Below, piece by piece: positions 56,056-64,000 of a stretch of DNA of 64,000 bases. Both the position numbers and the translations under genes were made by a program. Numbering within the stretch: the stretch's first letter is position 1; every line of letters begins with the position of its first letter. The stretch is from a virus (taxonomy: Duplodnaviria > Caudoviricetes). The DNA lies in IMG/VR virus record IMGVR_UViG_3300033068_000963, positions 1-64,000 of that record. One strand, written 5' to 3'. Below the pieces are notes generated by a model. It did not search any database, was not told the DNA's origin, and saw only the letters and a program-made list of their open reading frames with translations.

Positions 56056-56450
56056 TGCTCAAGCCCTGGACCAGATCCGAAGACGACAGGGTCAAGAACG
56101 ACTGGCGGGATGGCGTTATCGCCCCCGTCACCGCCAAGGCGCTTTGCCGGTCTGCAAGGGCCGTCCGTCACCGCCGAAGCCGCCTGGGGCTATCTGCCGA
56201 GGATCACACGCCTGATGTCGAGCGTGAGCGCCTGATCAACCTGCGCGCCGCTCGCGCGTCTACGGCGCTTCAGGCGCAACGTCTCAGGGCGATCCCAGAA
56301 ACGGCCAACCGTGATGACACCTATGTCGCTGCGTGCATGGCGCTGGGAGGGTTCTGCGCTCTGTCGGAGCGGAGGATGCCGAGGGGCGTGGTCGTGGTGA
56401 GCCTGCCGCTCGTCTGGCCCAGCAAGACCGCGCAGGGGAGGGCTGCGTGA
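56055..56450 (+). CDS. Myb/GcrA-N-like HTH protein
   Basis: WT..ED......A..L.RS..AV..R..RLGL. Confidence 0.6.
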   Translation: MLKPWTRSEDDRVKNDWRDGVIAPVTAKALCRSARAVRHRRSRLGLSAEDHTPDVERERLINLRAARASTALQAQRLRAIPETANRDDTYVAACMALGGFCALSERRMPRGVVVVSLPLVWPSKTAQGRAA

Positions 56451-57292
56451 CCCACCCGTGCCTGCCACTGTGGATTGACGACTATGACGCCGCCACGTCT
56501 CACCTGACGGCGGCTGAAGACGGCGTTTATGGGCGCCTGCTGCGGCTGGCTTGGCGCACGCCAGGGTGTTCGCTGCCGAACGATCACGCCTGGATAGCCC
56601 GCAAGATCCGACTGTCCGCAGAGGACTTCGAAACTGTCGCCAAGCCGGTGCTGGATGAGTTCTTCAAGGTCCAGCGTGGGCGTCTCACTCAGAAGCGGCT
56701 CAAGGCCGAATACGACAACATCTCGCGTAAGAAATCTGCGAGGCAAGGAGCCGGTAAAAAAGGCGGCGACGCCAAGGCCCTGAAAAACAACGAAAATGAT
56801 CCTAGCAATGCTACCGTTTTGCTAGGAGACACGCGCGCGTTTCCTGAACCTAAATCTGAACCGGACCCTGAAGTTATAGAACCCACCATCTCCAAGGCGG
56901 GCGTGCCCGTTTGGAAAACGATGCTGGAGGAAGCGATCTCCACGGCGGGCGACATGGCCGACATGACGCGCACGGCGATGAACCACGCCGCCGATCTCCG
57001 AGCCCTCGTTGAGCCCAAATCTGGCGAGCCCTGCGAGTGGGCAGAGGTCTTGGTGGCAATCGAGATGGTGGCGATGCGCCAGCGCCAGCGCGGTAAGCTG
57101 ATCCAGTCGTGGGGCTGGGTGAAGGACGACGCCCTGGCCCTCCGAGACAAGCGCCTCAACGCCGTGAACCCGGCGCCCAACGTGGTCCCGATCACCGGGG
57201 CGCGTCCCTCAAACCTCACCGAACAAATCGGCGCGAACAACGACGAAGCGCGCCGCCTCGCCTTCGAACGCATGGATGCTGAAAATGGCTGA
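56447..57292 (+). CDS. YdaU/DUF1376 replication initiator
   Basis: P.WIDDY...T.HLT..E.G.Y..LL...W; QKRL..E; AG.KGG. Confidence 0.85.
   Translation: MTHPCLPLWIDDYDAATSHLTAAEDGVYGRLLRLAWRTPGCSLPNDHAWIARKIRLSAEDFETVAKPVLDEFFKVQRGRLTQKRLKAEYDNISRKKSARQGAGKKGGDAKALKNNENDPSNATVLLGDTRAFPEPKSEPDPEVIEPTISKAGVPVWKTMLEEAISTAGDMADMTRTAMNHAADLRALVEPKSGEPCEWAEVLVAIEMVAMRQRQRGKLIQSWGWVKDDALALRDKRLNAVNPAPNVVPITGARPSNLTEQIGANNDEARRLAFERMDAENG
56780..56880. other. Candidate replication origin of phage 2
   Basis: AT-rich patch with CTAGCAA/TTGCTAG repeats inside the initiator gene. Confidence 0.5.
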
Positions 57293-57803
57293 TCGCCTCG
57301 ACATCGCCAACGCCCTGGAAAGCCTCGCCGTCCACTGTCGCCCCCCTCTGATGAGCGTGGAAGACCGCTCCCGCTGGATGGTGGATTGGTGTTCCGACCT
57401 CGCCAGCTTCCCCATTGAGGCGATCAAGCTGGCCTGCACCCGCTGGCGCCAGAGCGAGAACACTCGCTTTCCCACGCCCGGCCAATTGCTGCCGATGGTC
57501 CGCGCCGTTCTGCCGGCCAAGGGCGACGGTCCGAAGATCGAGGCATGGCGCCCGATCAGCGACGAGGAATACCGGCAGCTTCCGATCCGCGACAAGATCC
57601 GCCACCTCCAGATCGTCCGCTCCGAGCTGATGACTGCCGCAGGGCCGATGCTGGTCAATGAGGGGAAGTTCAAGGGTCGCCTCCTGACGCCGGATGAGAT
57701 GCCGGCCAAGTGGCATGAGGCCAGGGCCAAGGCGAAGGTGATCGACGCCGAGATCAGCCGTTTGCGTGGGGCGATCAAGAATGCCCAGGAGCGCGCCGCA
57801 TGA
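57285..57803 (+). CDS. Helicase loader/inhibitor-like replication protein
   Basis: W..DL..FP..AI..AC..WR.....FPTPGQL. Confidence 0.65.
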   Translation: MADRLDIANALESLAVHCRPPLMSVEDRSRWMVDWCSDLASFPIEAIKLACTRWRQSENTRFPTPGQLLPMVRAVLPAKGDGPKIEAWRPISDEEYRQLPIRDKIRHLQIVRSELMTAAGPMLVNEGKFKGRLLTPDEMPAKWHEARAKAKVIDAEISRLRGAIKNAQERAA

Positions 57804-57979
57804 TGCCCGTCACTGAAGCTGCCGCGCAGCGCGTGGCCGATATCAGGGGCGAGGGTTGGCGCTGGTCTCCCTCTTCCAGCACGCAAAACCCCTCGGGTGG
57901 CGAGCAAGACGAGCCACTAAGGCAAGCTCCGGGAGGCCCCCAAACCCTTTCCCCCTCCCACCCCGAAAGGCGATAGACA

Positions 57980-58576
57980 TTGACCAAGCGCAACCGCAAT
58001 CGCAAACCATCCGACCCGATGGAGATCATGCGCCAGGCCGCAGAACGCCGAGACCGTGACGCCGAGATCACCCGCTTGAAGACCATGGGCGCCACAGTCA
58101 CCATCGACAACCGCAACGGACGCATCCTCGGGGCCTATCGCTCGTCGGTGTTCAAAATCCTGCTGGAGTCCAAGGCGATCAATCAGAACCAGTTCAACGC
58201 CGCTCAGGAGCTTGTCGAGCAATGGGCGACGTGGAAGGGCCTGTCTGGTAGCCAAGGGGCCTCTGCGGGCTTCGTAGACGGCGGGACGGGGTGTGTGGAG
58301 CTGGTGACGGACCGGATGATCAAGGCCGGCAAGGACGTGGCCCGCATCCTCGCCCACGTCGGCCCGATGGACCGCGAGTTGATCGAGGCCTTCATGGTGG
58401 CCGTGGTGGAGGAAGACCGGGCCATGGTCTGGCGGGGCATCGTCATGAAGGTCACGGGGATCAGCCAGCCGATCCGGCAGTCTCAGGTCGTGGTGAGCGC
58501 CCTGGAGAACCTGCGCCGGGTGATGGAGGGCACACACGATGTTGTGCTAATCCGTCGCAGGGTCGCAACAGCTTGA
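57980..58576 (+). CDS. Probable late transcription activator
   Basis: LL..K.I...QFNAA; immediately precedes a strong promoter. Confidence 0.6.
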   Translation: MTKRNRNRKPSDPMEIMRQAAERRDRDAEITRLKTMGATVTIDNRNGRILGAYRSSVFKILLESKAINQNQFNAAQELVEQWATWKGLSGSQGASAGFVDGGTGCVELVTDRMIKAGKDVARILAHVGPMDRELIEAFMVAVVEEDRAMVWRGIVMKVTGISQPIRQSQVVVSALENLRRVMEGTHDVVLIRRRVATA

Positions 58577-58650
58577 CAGCCTAAGCCGTAGGGGGTAATA
58601 AATCACTAGAGGCCGATGTTGCGCCAGACGCGCTCCGGCCAACCTCTTTC
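58573..58650 (+). promoter_or_regulatory. Late promoter and leader hairpin (pR'-like)
   Basis: TTGACA-17-TAATAA, then the agaggccg..cggcc..cctct hairpin. Confidence 0.7.
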
Positions 58651-58782
58651 GCCCCCCGAACAACGCCTCGACACACAAAGCGTTTGTAACCCTCGCGTCT
58701 GATCGCGGGGGCTCCTCCTTCGCTCCCGATGGACGAACACCCTCGCATCATTGCCTAGCGCCCTGATCGTGGAGCGAACCTA

Positions 58783-58965
58783 TTGCCCATCTGGTCCATC
58801 AAGCTCCCCCTCCTTCGCCCCACTGACTACACCGGTGACATAGCGGTTGAAGGCGGTGTTCTCATGCTGATCACCAAGGGCGAGACAGAAGACACCCTCG
58901 ACAAGGCCTATGCGCCTGGATCGTGGGAGTACGTCGAGCGCAAGCCGTCTCCGAGCGGTGAGTGA
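58783..58965 (+). CDS. Hypothetical protein
   Basis: GGAG RBS; AYAPGSW. Confidence 0.5.
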   Translation: MPIWSIKLPLLRPTDYTGDIAVEGGVLMLITKGETEDTLDKAYAPGSWEYVERKPSPSGE

Positions 58966-59011
58966 AGCAGACAGTTAGCCAGATGGCTAAGCAGCAAGAA
59001 GCAAGCAGGCC

Positions 59012-59374
59012 ATGACCGATAATACGGACGGAAACGGGCCGCGCGACGACAAAGGCCGCTTTGGTCCTGGCAACCCTGGAAAGCCCAAAGGCTCGCGCCA
59101 TGCGCTGGGTGAGGCTTTCATCAAGGCGCTGCACGACGACTTCGCGGTGAACGGCGTGGCGGTCATCGAAGCCGTTCGCACAGAGAAGCCCGACCAGTAC
59201 ATGAAGGTCGTCGCCTCGCTGCTGCCGAAAGAGTTCAAGATAGAAACCACGAGTGACCTCACTGATGAGCAGCTCGACGCTCGCATTCGCACCCTCGCCA
59301 ATCTCATTGAAGTCGGAATTGGTCAGCCTGCTGGAGGAGGCGAAGAGGCGGAAGGACCGCAGACGGCTCACTGA
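59012..59374 (+). CDS. terS: Terminase small subunit
   Basis: GRF.PGNPGKPKGSR; P..Y.KVVASLLPK; DLTDEQL. Confidence 0.8.
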   Translation: MTDNTDGNGPRDDKGRFGPGNPGKPKGSRHALGEAFIKALHDDFAVNGVAVIEAVRTEKPDQYMKVVASLLPKEFKIETTSDLTDEQLDARIRTLANLIEVGIGQPAGGGEEAEGPQTAH

Positions 59375-59960
59375 GTACCGGCCCTACGCCAAGCAGCGGG
59401 AGTTTCACGACGCGGGGGCAATCCACCGCGAGCGGCTCCTGATGGCGGGTAACCAGCTCGGGAAGACCTACTGCGGCGCGGCGGAGGCCGCCATCCACCT
59501 CACCGGCCAATACCCACCCTACTGGAAAGGGCGCCGCTGGGATCGCCCGGTGCGCGCCTGGGCCGGATCCAAGACCGGCGAGGTGACGCGGGACGGTGTG
59601 CAACGCTACCTGATCGGCGAGCCTAAGGATGAAGGCCAGTGGGGAACCGGGATGATCCCGGCGGACAACCTGCTGGACTGGGGCCGGCGCCAGGGTGTCG
59701 CGGACGCCTTGGACAACGCCATCGTCAAGCACGCATCGGGCGGAACCTCGACCATCGGGTTCAAGAGCTACGACCAAGGGCGCCAGAAGTGGCAGTCGGA
59801 AACCCTGGACTTCGTGTGGTTCGATGAGGAGCCGCCGATGGACATCTACATGGAAGGCCTGACGCGGACGAACGCAACGGGCGGCATGACCTTCATCACC
59901 TTCACGCCCCTGCTGGGGATGTCGGACGTGGTGAGCATGTTCCTGGACGATGCGGAATGA
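59307..59960 (+). CDS. terL: Terminase large subunit, ATPase half (P22 gp2-like; start uncertain)
   Basis: MAGNQLGKT, FKSYDQGR, VWFDEEP and TFTP. Confidence 0.9.
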   Translation: MKSELVSLLEEAKRRKDRRRLTEYRPYAKQREFHDAGAIHRERLLMAGNQLGKTYCGAAEAAIHLTGQYPPYWKGRRWDRPVRAWAGSKTGEVTRDGVQRYLIGEPKDEGQWGTGMIPADNLLDWGRRQGVADALDNAIVKHASGGTSTIGFKSYDQGRQKWQSETLDFVWFDEEPPMDIYMEGLTRTNATGGMTFITFTPLLGMSDVVSMFLDDAE

Positions 59961-60052
59961 GCCGCTGAGAGTGCACTACGCTCCAGCTCCAGCCCGGCGA
60001 TGGGCAGGTCCCTGTCGTGACTTGCAGGGGCCAGCGGCAGGTAGGAATTAGC

Positions 60053-60808
60053 ATGAGCCGCAACGTCACTCAAATGACGATTGACGACGCGGAGCACTAC
60101 ACCCCTGCGGAGCGCGAGGCGATCATCGCCAGCTATCCGGCACATGAGCGCGAGGCCCGCATCAAGGGCATCCCGTCGATGGGCTCGGGTCGTGTGTTCC
60201 CGATCTCTGAGGAAGAGATCACCTGTGACCCGTTCCAGTGGCCTGCGTTCTGGCCGCAGATCGTCGGCATCGACTTCGGCTGGGATCACCCGTTCGCGGC
60301 GATGCGCCTGGTCTGGGATCGGGACGGCGACATCGTCTACGTCGTCAACGAGTACGCTCAGCGCGAGAGCACGCCGGTCATTCACGCTGCTGCGGTCAAG
60401 CCCTGGGGGTCGTGGATCCCGGTAGCCTGGCCGCACGACGGTTTGCAACACGACAAGGGATCGGGCGAGAGCCTTTCCCACCAGTACCGAGCCCAAGGCC
60501 TCAACCTGCTGTCCGAGAAAGCCACCTTCCGAGATGGCGGGAACGGCGTTGAGGCTGGCGTCATGGACATGCTGGACCGGATGCAGACGGGGCGCTGGAA
60601 AGTGTTCTCCACCTGCGGCGGCTGGCTTCAAGAGTTTCGCCTCTATCACCGGATAGACGGCCTGATCGTCAAAGAGCGCGACGACCGCATCAGCGCCTCC
60701 CGCTACGGGCTGATGATGCTTCGCTACGCCAAGACAGAGCCGCGAGAATACGACGATGACGAGCGGTACAGCGGCAACGACGGGCGCAGCGAACATGCGG
60801 GGTACTGA
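60053..60808 (+). CDS. terL: Terminase large subunit, nuclease half
   Basis: MTIDDAEHY, GIDFGWDHP, WPHDG and DD..SASRY; AGGA RBS. Confidence 0.9.
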   Translation: MSRNVTQMTIDDAEHYTPAEREAIIASYPAHEREARIKGIPSMGSGRVFPISEEEITCDPFQWPAFWPQIVGIDFGWDHPFAAMRLVWDRDGDIVYVVNEYAQRESTPVIHAAAVKPWGSWIPVAWPHDGLQHDKGSGESLSHQYRAQGLNLLSEKATFRDGGNGVEAGVMDMLDRMQTGRWKVFSTCGGWLQEFRLYHRIDGLIVKERDDRISASRYGLMMLRYAKTEPREYDDDERYSGNDGRSEHAGY

Positions 60809-62898
60809 TGACTGACCTCGCATACGCCACCGACGACGATACGGAAGCCCTGGAGCCCATCAACGATGACGTTGAGGGTGGAGTGGCCGAAAGCCCGGAG
60901 TGGCTGTCTATCGCCCTCCAGAGCCCCAACCTCGCCTACGAGCTTGACGCCTCGGTTCTGACCGACATCGCGGGCAAGGTCTGCGACGAATACGACCTCG
61001 ACTGCGACAGCCTGGAAGAGGCCGGCTGGTTCAAGAACGACGAGGATGCGGTCAAGCTGGCCATGCTGGTCAAGGAAGCCAAGAGCTATCCTTGGGAGGG
61101 CGCCAGCAACATCAAATACCCGCTGCTGACCACGGCCTGCATTCAGTTCGCGGCTCGGGCCTATGGGGCGATTGTCCCCGGCTTCAACGTGGTCAAGGGC
61201 AAGGTGCTGGGCAAGCCCACGCCCGAGAAGACCGACCGGGCAGACCGCATCTCAAGCCACATGTCCTACCAGCTTCTGGAGGAGATGGAGGGCTGGGAGG
61301 AAGACACCGACAAGCTGCTGCACATGCTGCCGGCGCGTGGGTGTGTGTTCCGCAAGACCTACTTCGACCCGACGCGGGGAACGAACGTCTCGACCCTGGT
61401 CCCGCCGGACAAGTTCATCGTCAACTACTGGACCCGCGACCTCGAATCCTGCCCTCGCATGACCCACCTGTGCGAGTATTACCCCAACGAGATCGAGATC
61501 AAGTTCCGGTCTGGGCTGTGGATGCGTGTGGACCTCGGCCAGCCCGAGACCGACGCCGACGATCCCTATGCGGCGCGTGAGTTCCTTGAGCAGCATCGCT
61601 TGCTGGATCTCGACGACGACGGCCTGCCGGAACCCTACATCGTCACCGTCCACCACGAGAGCCGCCAAGTGGTTCGCATCGTGGCCCGGTTCGATGAGGA
61701 GGGGATCGAGGTTGGACCGAAGGGTGAGGTTGTCCAGTTCAAGGCCGACCGCTACTTCACCAAGTACACGTTCATTCCCTCGCTCGACGGTAGCTTCTAC
61801 GACATCGGCTTCGGCTCTCTGCTGAGTGCGCTGAACGACGGCATCAACACCACCATGAACCAACTGTTCGACGCGGGCCACCTGGCCAACGTCCAGGGCG
61901 GGTTTATCGGGTCGGGCGTGTCGATGAAGTCGGGCGCCATGCGGTTCAAGCCGGGCGAGTGGAAGCGGGTTGAGAGCACGGGCGGAAGCCTGCGTGATAA
62001 CCTCATGCCGCTGAACATGCCGGGGCCGAGCCCTGTGCTGTTCCAGCTCCTGCAATTCCTGATCCAGGCCGCGCAGGACGTGACCTCGACCAAGGACGTG
62101 CTGACCGGGGACACGACGCCCACCAACCAGCCTGTCGGCACCACGATGGCGCTGATCGAGCAGGGGCTGAAGGTCTACAGCGCGATTTTCAAGCGCATCC
62201 ACCGGGCGTTCAAGTGGGAGTTGGCGGTGCTTCGCCGGCTGAACCGCAAGTACCTCGACCCGGAAAGCTACTTCGTCTTCCAGGACAAGGAAGGCGTGAT
62301 CGCTCAGGCGGACTACGCCGAAGACGACGTTGACGTGATCCCGGTGTCTGACCCGACTGTGGTCATGGACAGCCAGCGCCTGGCCCGCGCGCAGTACCTG
62401 GGCCAGTACATGCAACTTCCGTTCATGAACCAGCAGGAGATCGTCAAGCGGTCCCTGGAGGCGGCGGACATTCCCGAGATTGATGCGCTGTTCGTGGAGC
62501 AAGGGCCGAGCCCTGAGGCGATGATCAAGGGCGAGGAACTGAAGCAGTCGGGCCAGAAGCTTCAGATCGACGCCAAGAAGGCCGAGACCGAGCACATGAA
62601 GGCCGAAGCCACGGTCAAGAAGGACACGGCCACCACCATCAAGACCCTGTTCGACGCCGCAGCCATTCAGACGGAATACAACCTTGCCCCGATTGACCCA
62701 GGAGAGCTTCAACGAGTGGAAGCGACACCCGTTGACGGAGGCGTTCCGGCTGTTCCTGAGGGACTACCGGACCCGGCTGGCGGACAAATGGGTGGAGGGG
62801 AGCCTCAACCCGGCGGAATGCCCCCTGGTCCAGAAGCAGGCCCAGACCCTATGGGAGCTGGAGACCCTGGAATGGGAAGCGGTGGACCGGCTCTATAA
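60808..62898 (+). CDS. Portal protein
   Basis: PWEGASN..YPL; FKPGEW; PVGTTMALIEQG.KV. Confidence 0.9.
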   Translation: MTDLAYATDDDTEALEPINDDVEGGVAESPEWLSIALQSPNLAYELDASVLTDIAGKVCDEYDLDCDSLEEAGWFKNDEDAVKLAMLVKEAKSYPWEGASNIKYPLLTTACIQFAARAYGAIVPGFNVVKGKVLGKPTPEKTDRADRISSHMSYQLLEEMEGWEEDTDKLLHMLPARGCVFRKTYFDPTRGTNVSTLVPPDKFIVNYWTRDLESCPRMTHLCEYYPNEIEIKFRSGLWMRVDLGQPETDADDPYAAREFLEQHRLLDLDDDGLPEPYIVTVHHESRQVVRIVARFDEEGIEVGPKGEVVQFKADRYFTKYTFIPSLDGSFYDIGFGSLLSALNDGINTTMNQLFDAGHLANVQGGFIGSGVSMKSGAMRFKPGEWKRVESTGGSLRDNLMPLNMPGPSPVLFQLLQFLIQAAQDVTSTKDVLTGDTTPTNQPVGTTMALIEQGLKVYSAIFKRIHRAFKWELAVLRRLNRKYLDPESYFVFQDKEGVIAQADYAEDDVDVIPVSDPTVVMDSQRLARAQYLGQYMQLPFMNQQEIVKRSLEAADIPEIDALFVEQGPSPEAMIKGEELKQSGQKLQIDAKKAETEHMKAEATVKKDTATTIKTLFDAAAIQTEYNLAPIDPGELQRVEATPVDGGVPAVPEGLPDPAGGQMGGGEPQPGGMPPGPEAGPDPMGAGDPGMGSGGPAL

Positions 62899-62911
62899 CG
62901 GGGACGAGTGA
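62684..62911 (+). CDS. Small protein overlapping the portal 3' end
   Basis: Globular-looking F.EWKRHP.T sequence; GGA RBS-like element. Confidence 0.55.
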   Translation: MPRLTQESFNEWKRHPLTEAFRLFLRDYRTRLADKWVEGSLNPAECPLVQKQAQTLWELETLEWEAVDRLYNGDE

Positions 62912-63198
62912 GGTCCGCCACCGATCTCATGCAGGAAGCCATCCGCCCCCTCTGTCGTGGCGTACCCACCCAAGAAGGTGTGAACCACGACTAGCGGCAA
63001 GTCCACTTTCATCCGCCATTTGATGTCCTTTGTGGTGAAGCCATCCGCGCCGTCATCGGCCGGCGAGTTCTCAGGCAGATCAACGCCTTTGGTCATCTCG
63101 GGCCGCATAGTGCGTTGGACGCCCGTAATCTTCTCAACCTCCAGCCGAACAGCTTCAAGCTGCTCTAAGAGGTCTTTCAGATCAGGCTCTTGGCTCAT
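62893..63198 (-). CDS. Moron, hypothetical protein
   Basis: Antisense ORF; TGCTAGGCT extended -10 six nt before the ATG. Confidence 0.55.
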   Translation of the reverse strand: MSQEPDLKDLLEQLEAVRLEVEKITGVQRTMRPEMTKGVDLPENSPADDGADGFTTKDIKWRMKVDLPLVVVHTFLGGYATTEGADGFLHEIGGGPHSSPL

Positions 63199-63255
63199 CC
63201 CAACAGCCTAGCAGAAATCACCCTCACAGCGAGGGGATAGTCCCGCAGAGGGACG

Positions 63256-63435
63256 TTATTCGGACACAACACGACCGCCGCCGCGCTCAACCTCGCGGAT
63301 AAGCAAGGCGATCATCTCGGGGCTCCAATCGCCCCAATCAGTCACGCTGAACGAGGCGGAAACCTCAGTCCATTTGTACCGTTCGTCGGAGGGCAAGACC
63401 TCTTCGGGGAGCTGTTCGTAGGGCGACTGTACCAT
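63256..63435 (-). CDS. Moron, hypothetical protein
   Basis: Antisense ORF; TGCTATGCT extended -10 seven nt before the ATG. Confidence 0.5.
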   Translation of the reverse strand: MVQSPYEQLPEEVLPSDERYKWTEVSASFSVTDWGDWSPEMIALLIREVERGGGRVVSE

Positions 63436-63515
63436 GCCTCCGAGCATAGCAGAAATCCGCTCAAAGGGAGCGGCTTAGTCCCTAACCGGGACTTCATTTA
63501 GCCAAGAGAACCCCA

Positions 63516-63824
63516 TTGTCAGACAATCCCTCGGGCATCCGTCCGTTGGACCTTCAAGTGCTGATTCAGCTTGAGGAAGTCCCTACGAAAGTCGGGAATA
63601 TCCTCCTGCCGGACGCCGTGAAGGACCGAAAGCAGTACGCAGGAACCAAGGCCAAGCTCCTCGCGGTAGGTGAGAACGCCTTCCTCGAATGGGGAAAGGC
63701 CACCAAGCCCGAGCCCGGCCAGACTGTGATCATCGCCCAATATGCGGGCGTGAAGCAGGAGGGCGTGGACGGCAAGGACTACACCATCTGCCAGGACAAG
63801 GACATTCTGGGGGTGCTCGCATGA
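63516..63824 (+). CDS. groES: GroES/Cpn10-like co-chaperonin
   Basis: IRPL...VLI, G.ILLPD, AVG, YAG and DG..Y......DILGV. Confidence 0.88.
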   Translation: MSDNPSGIRPLDLQVLIQLEEVPTKVGNILLPDAVKDRKQYAGTKAKLLAVGENAFLEWGKATKPEPGQTVIIAQYAGVKQEGVDGKDYTICQDKDILGVLA

Positions 63825-64000
63825 GCGAAGCCCTGGAAGCCCCCGAAGTCCAGCACGACGACGCCCCGCAATCCGAACCCGCCGACGTTCGCGCCCGCCG
63901 CATGGGCTGGACGGACAAGGAGGAGTTCAAAGGCGACCCCGCCAAGTGGGTGGACGCCGAGACTTTCGTCAAGCGCGGGGAGGAAATCCTTCCCATCGTG
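63821..64000 (+). CDS. Scaffolding protein (partial)
   Basis: ARRMGW..KEEF.GD..KWVDAETFV.RG; runs off the window. Confidence 0.75.
   Translation, partial: MSEALEAPEVQHDDAPQSEPADVRARRMGWTDKEEFKGDPAKWVDAETFVKRGEEILPIV

Larger units (their letters stand above)
52070..64000. mobile_element. Second, different temperate phage (phage 2), truncated by the window end
   Basis: Second repressor/cro pair, initiator, terminase, portal and scaffold, all divergent from those of phage 1. Confidence 0.85.

Noticed and set aside
59961-60038. tRNA-like cloverleaf in the terL insert
   Set aside because: No TTC T-loop, no GG D-loop, no CCA.
59307-60808. terL as a pseudogene
   Set aside because: Both halves are intact, the break is at the domain boundary and the second half has its own RBS.
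1-64000. CRISPR array, diversity-generating retroelement, invertible tail cassette, IS element, tRNA genes
   Set aside because: No regularly spaced repeats, reverse transcriptase, invertase, transposase or convincing GGTTCRA-type tRNA context were seen by eye.
1-64000. CtrA (TTAA-N7-TTAA) and LexA (GTTC-N7-GTTC) boxes
   Set aside because: Only isolated half-sites noticed; the manual scan was not exhaustive.

Overview
The whole window is phage DNA; no host housekeeping gene, rRNA, tRNA or CRISPR array was recognised. It is GC-rich, and GcrA-like genes point to an alphaproteobacterial, probably Caulobacteraceae-like, host. Two different lambdoid/P22-like temperate podophages are joined. Phage 1 (~1-52,069) looks complete. 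It has a P4-family integrase with excisionase, an early-left operon (HNH, YqaJ exonuclease, KGG stress protein) and a cI/cro switch. Its early-right operon carries RusA, two GcrA-like proteins, two DNA methyltransferases, DnaB and an initiator. The late region has terminase, a P22-like portal, scaffold and coat, a glycosyltransferase, tail and ejection proteins, an SGNH tailspike, a phosphoesterase and lysis genes. Phage 2 (~52,070 to the window end) has its own repressor/cro, methyltransferase, initiator, split large terminase, portal, GroES and scaffold. Bases 1-76 recur exactly at 51,994-52,069, so the join is either a co-integrate or an assembly chimera. The most unusual signals are five. 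(i) A recurring two-hairpin element sits in the early operons of both phages. (ii) A homologous antisense gene lies upstream of cII in both phages, overlapped by an open sense frame. (iii) A structured 96-nt insert with a 9-bp duplication splits terL. (iv) There is a set of host cell-cycle regulator look-alikes. (v) A glycosyltransferase lies inside the head module. All calls come from reading motifs and synteny by eye; no database searches were run.
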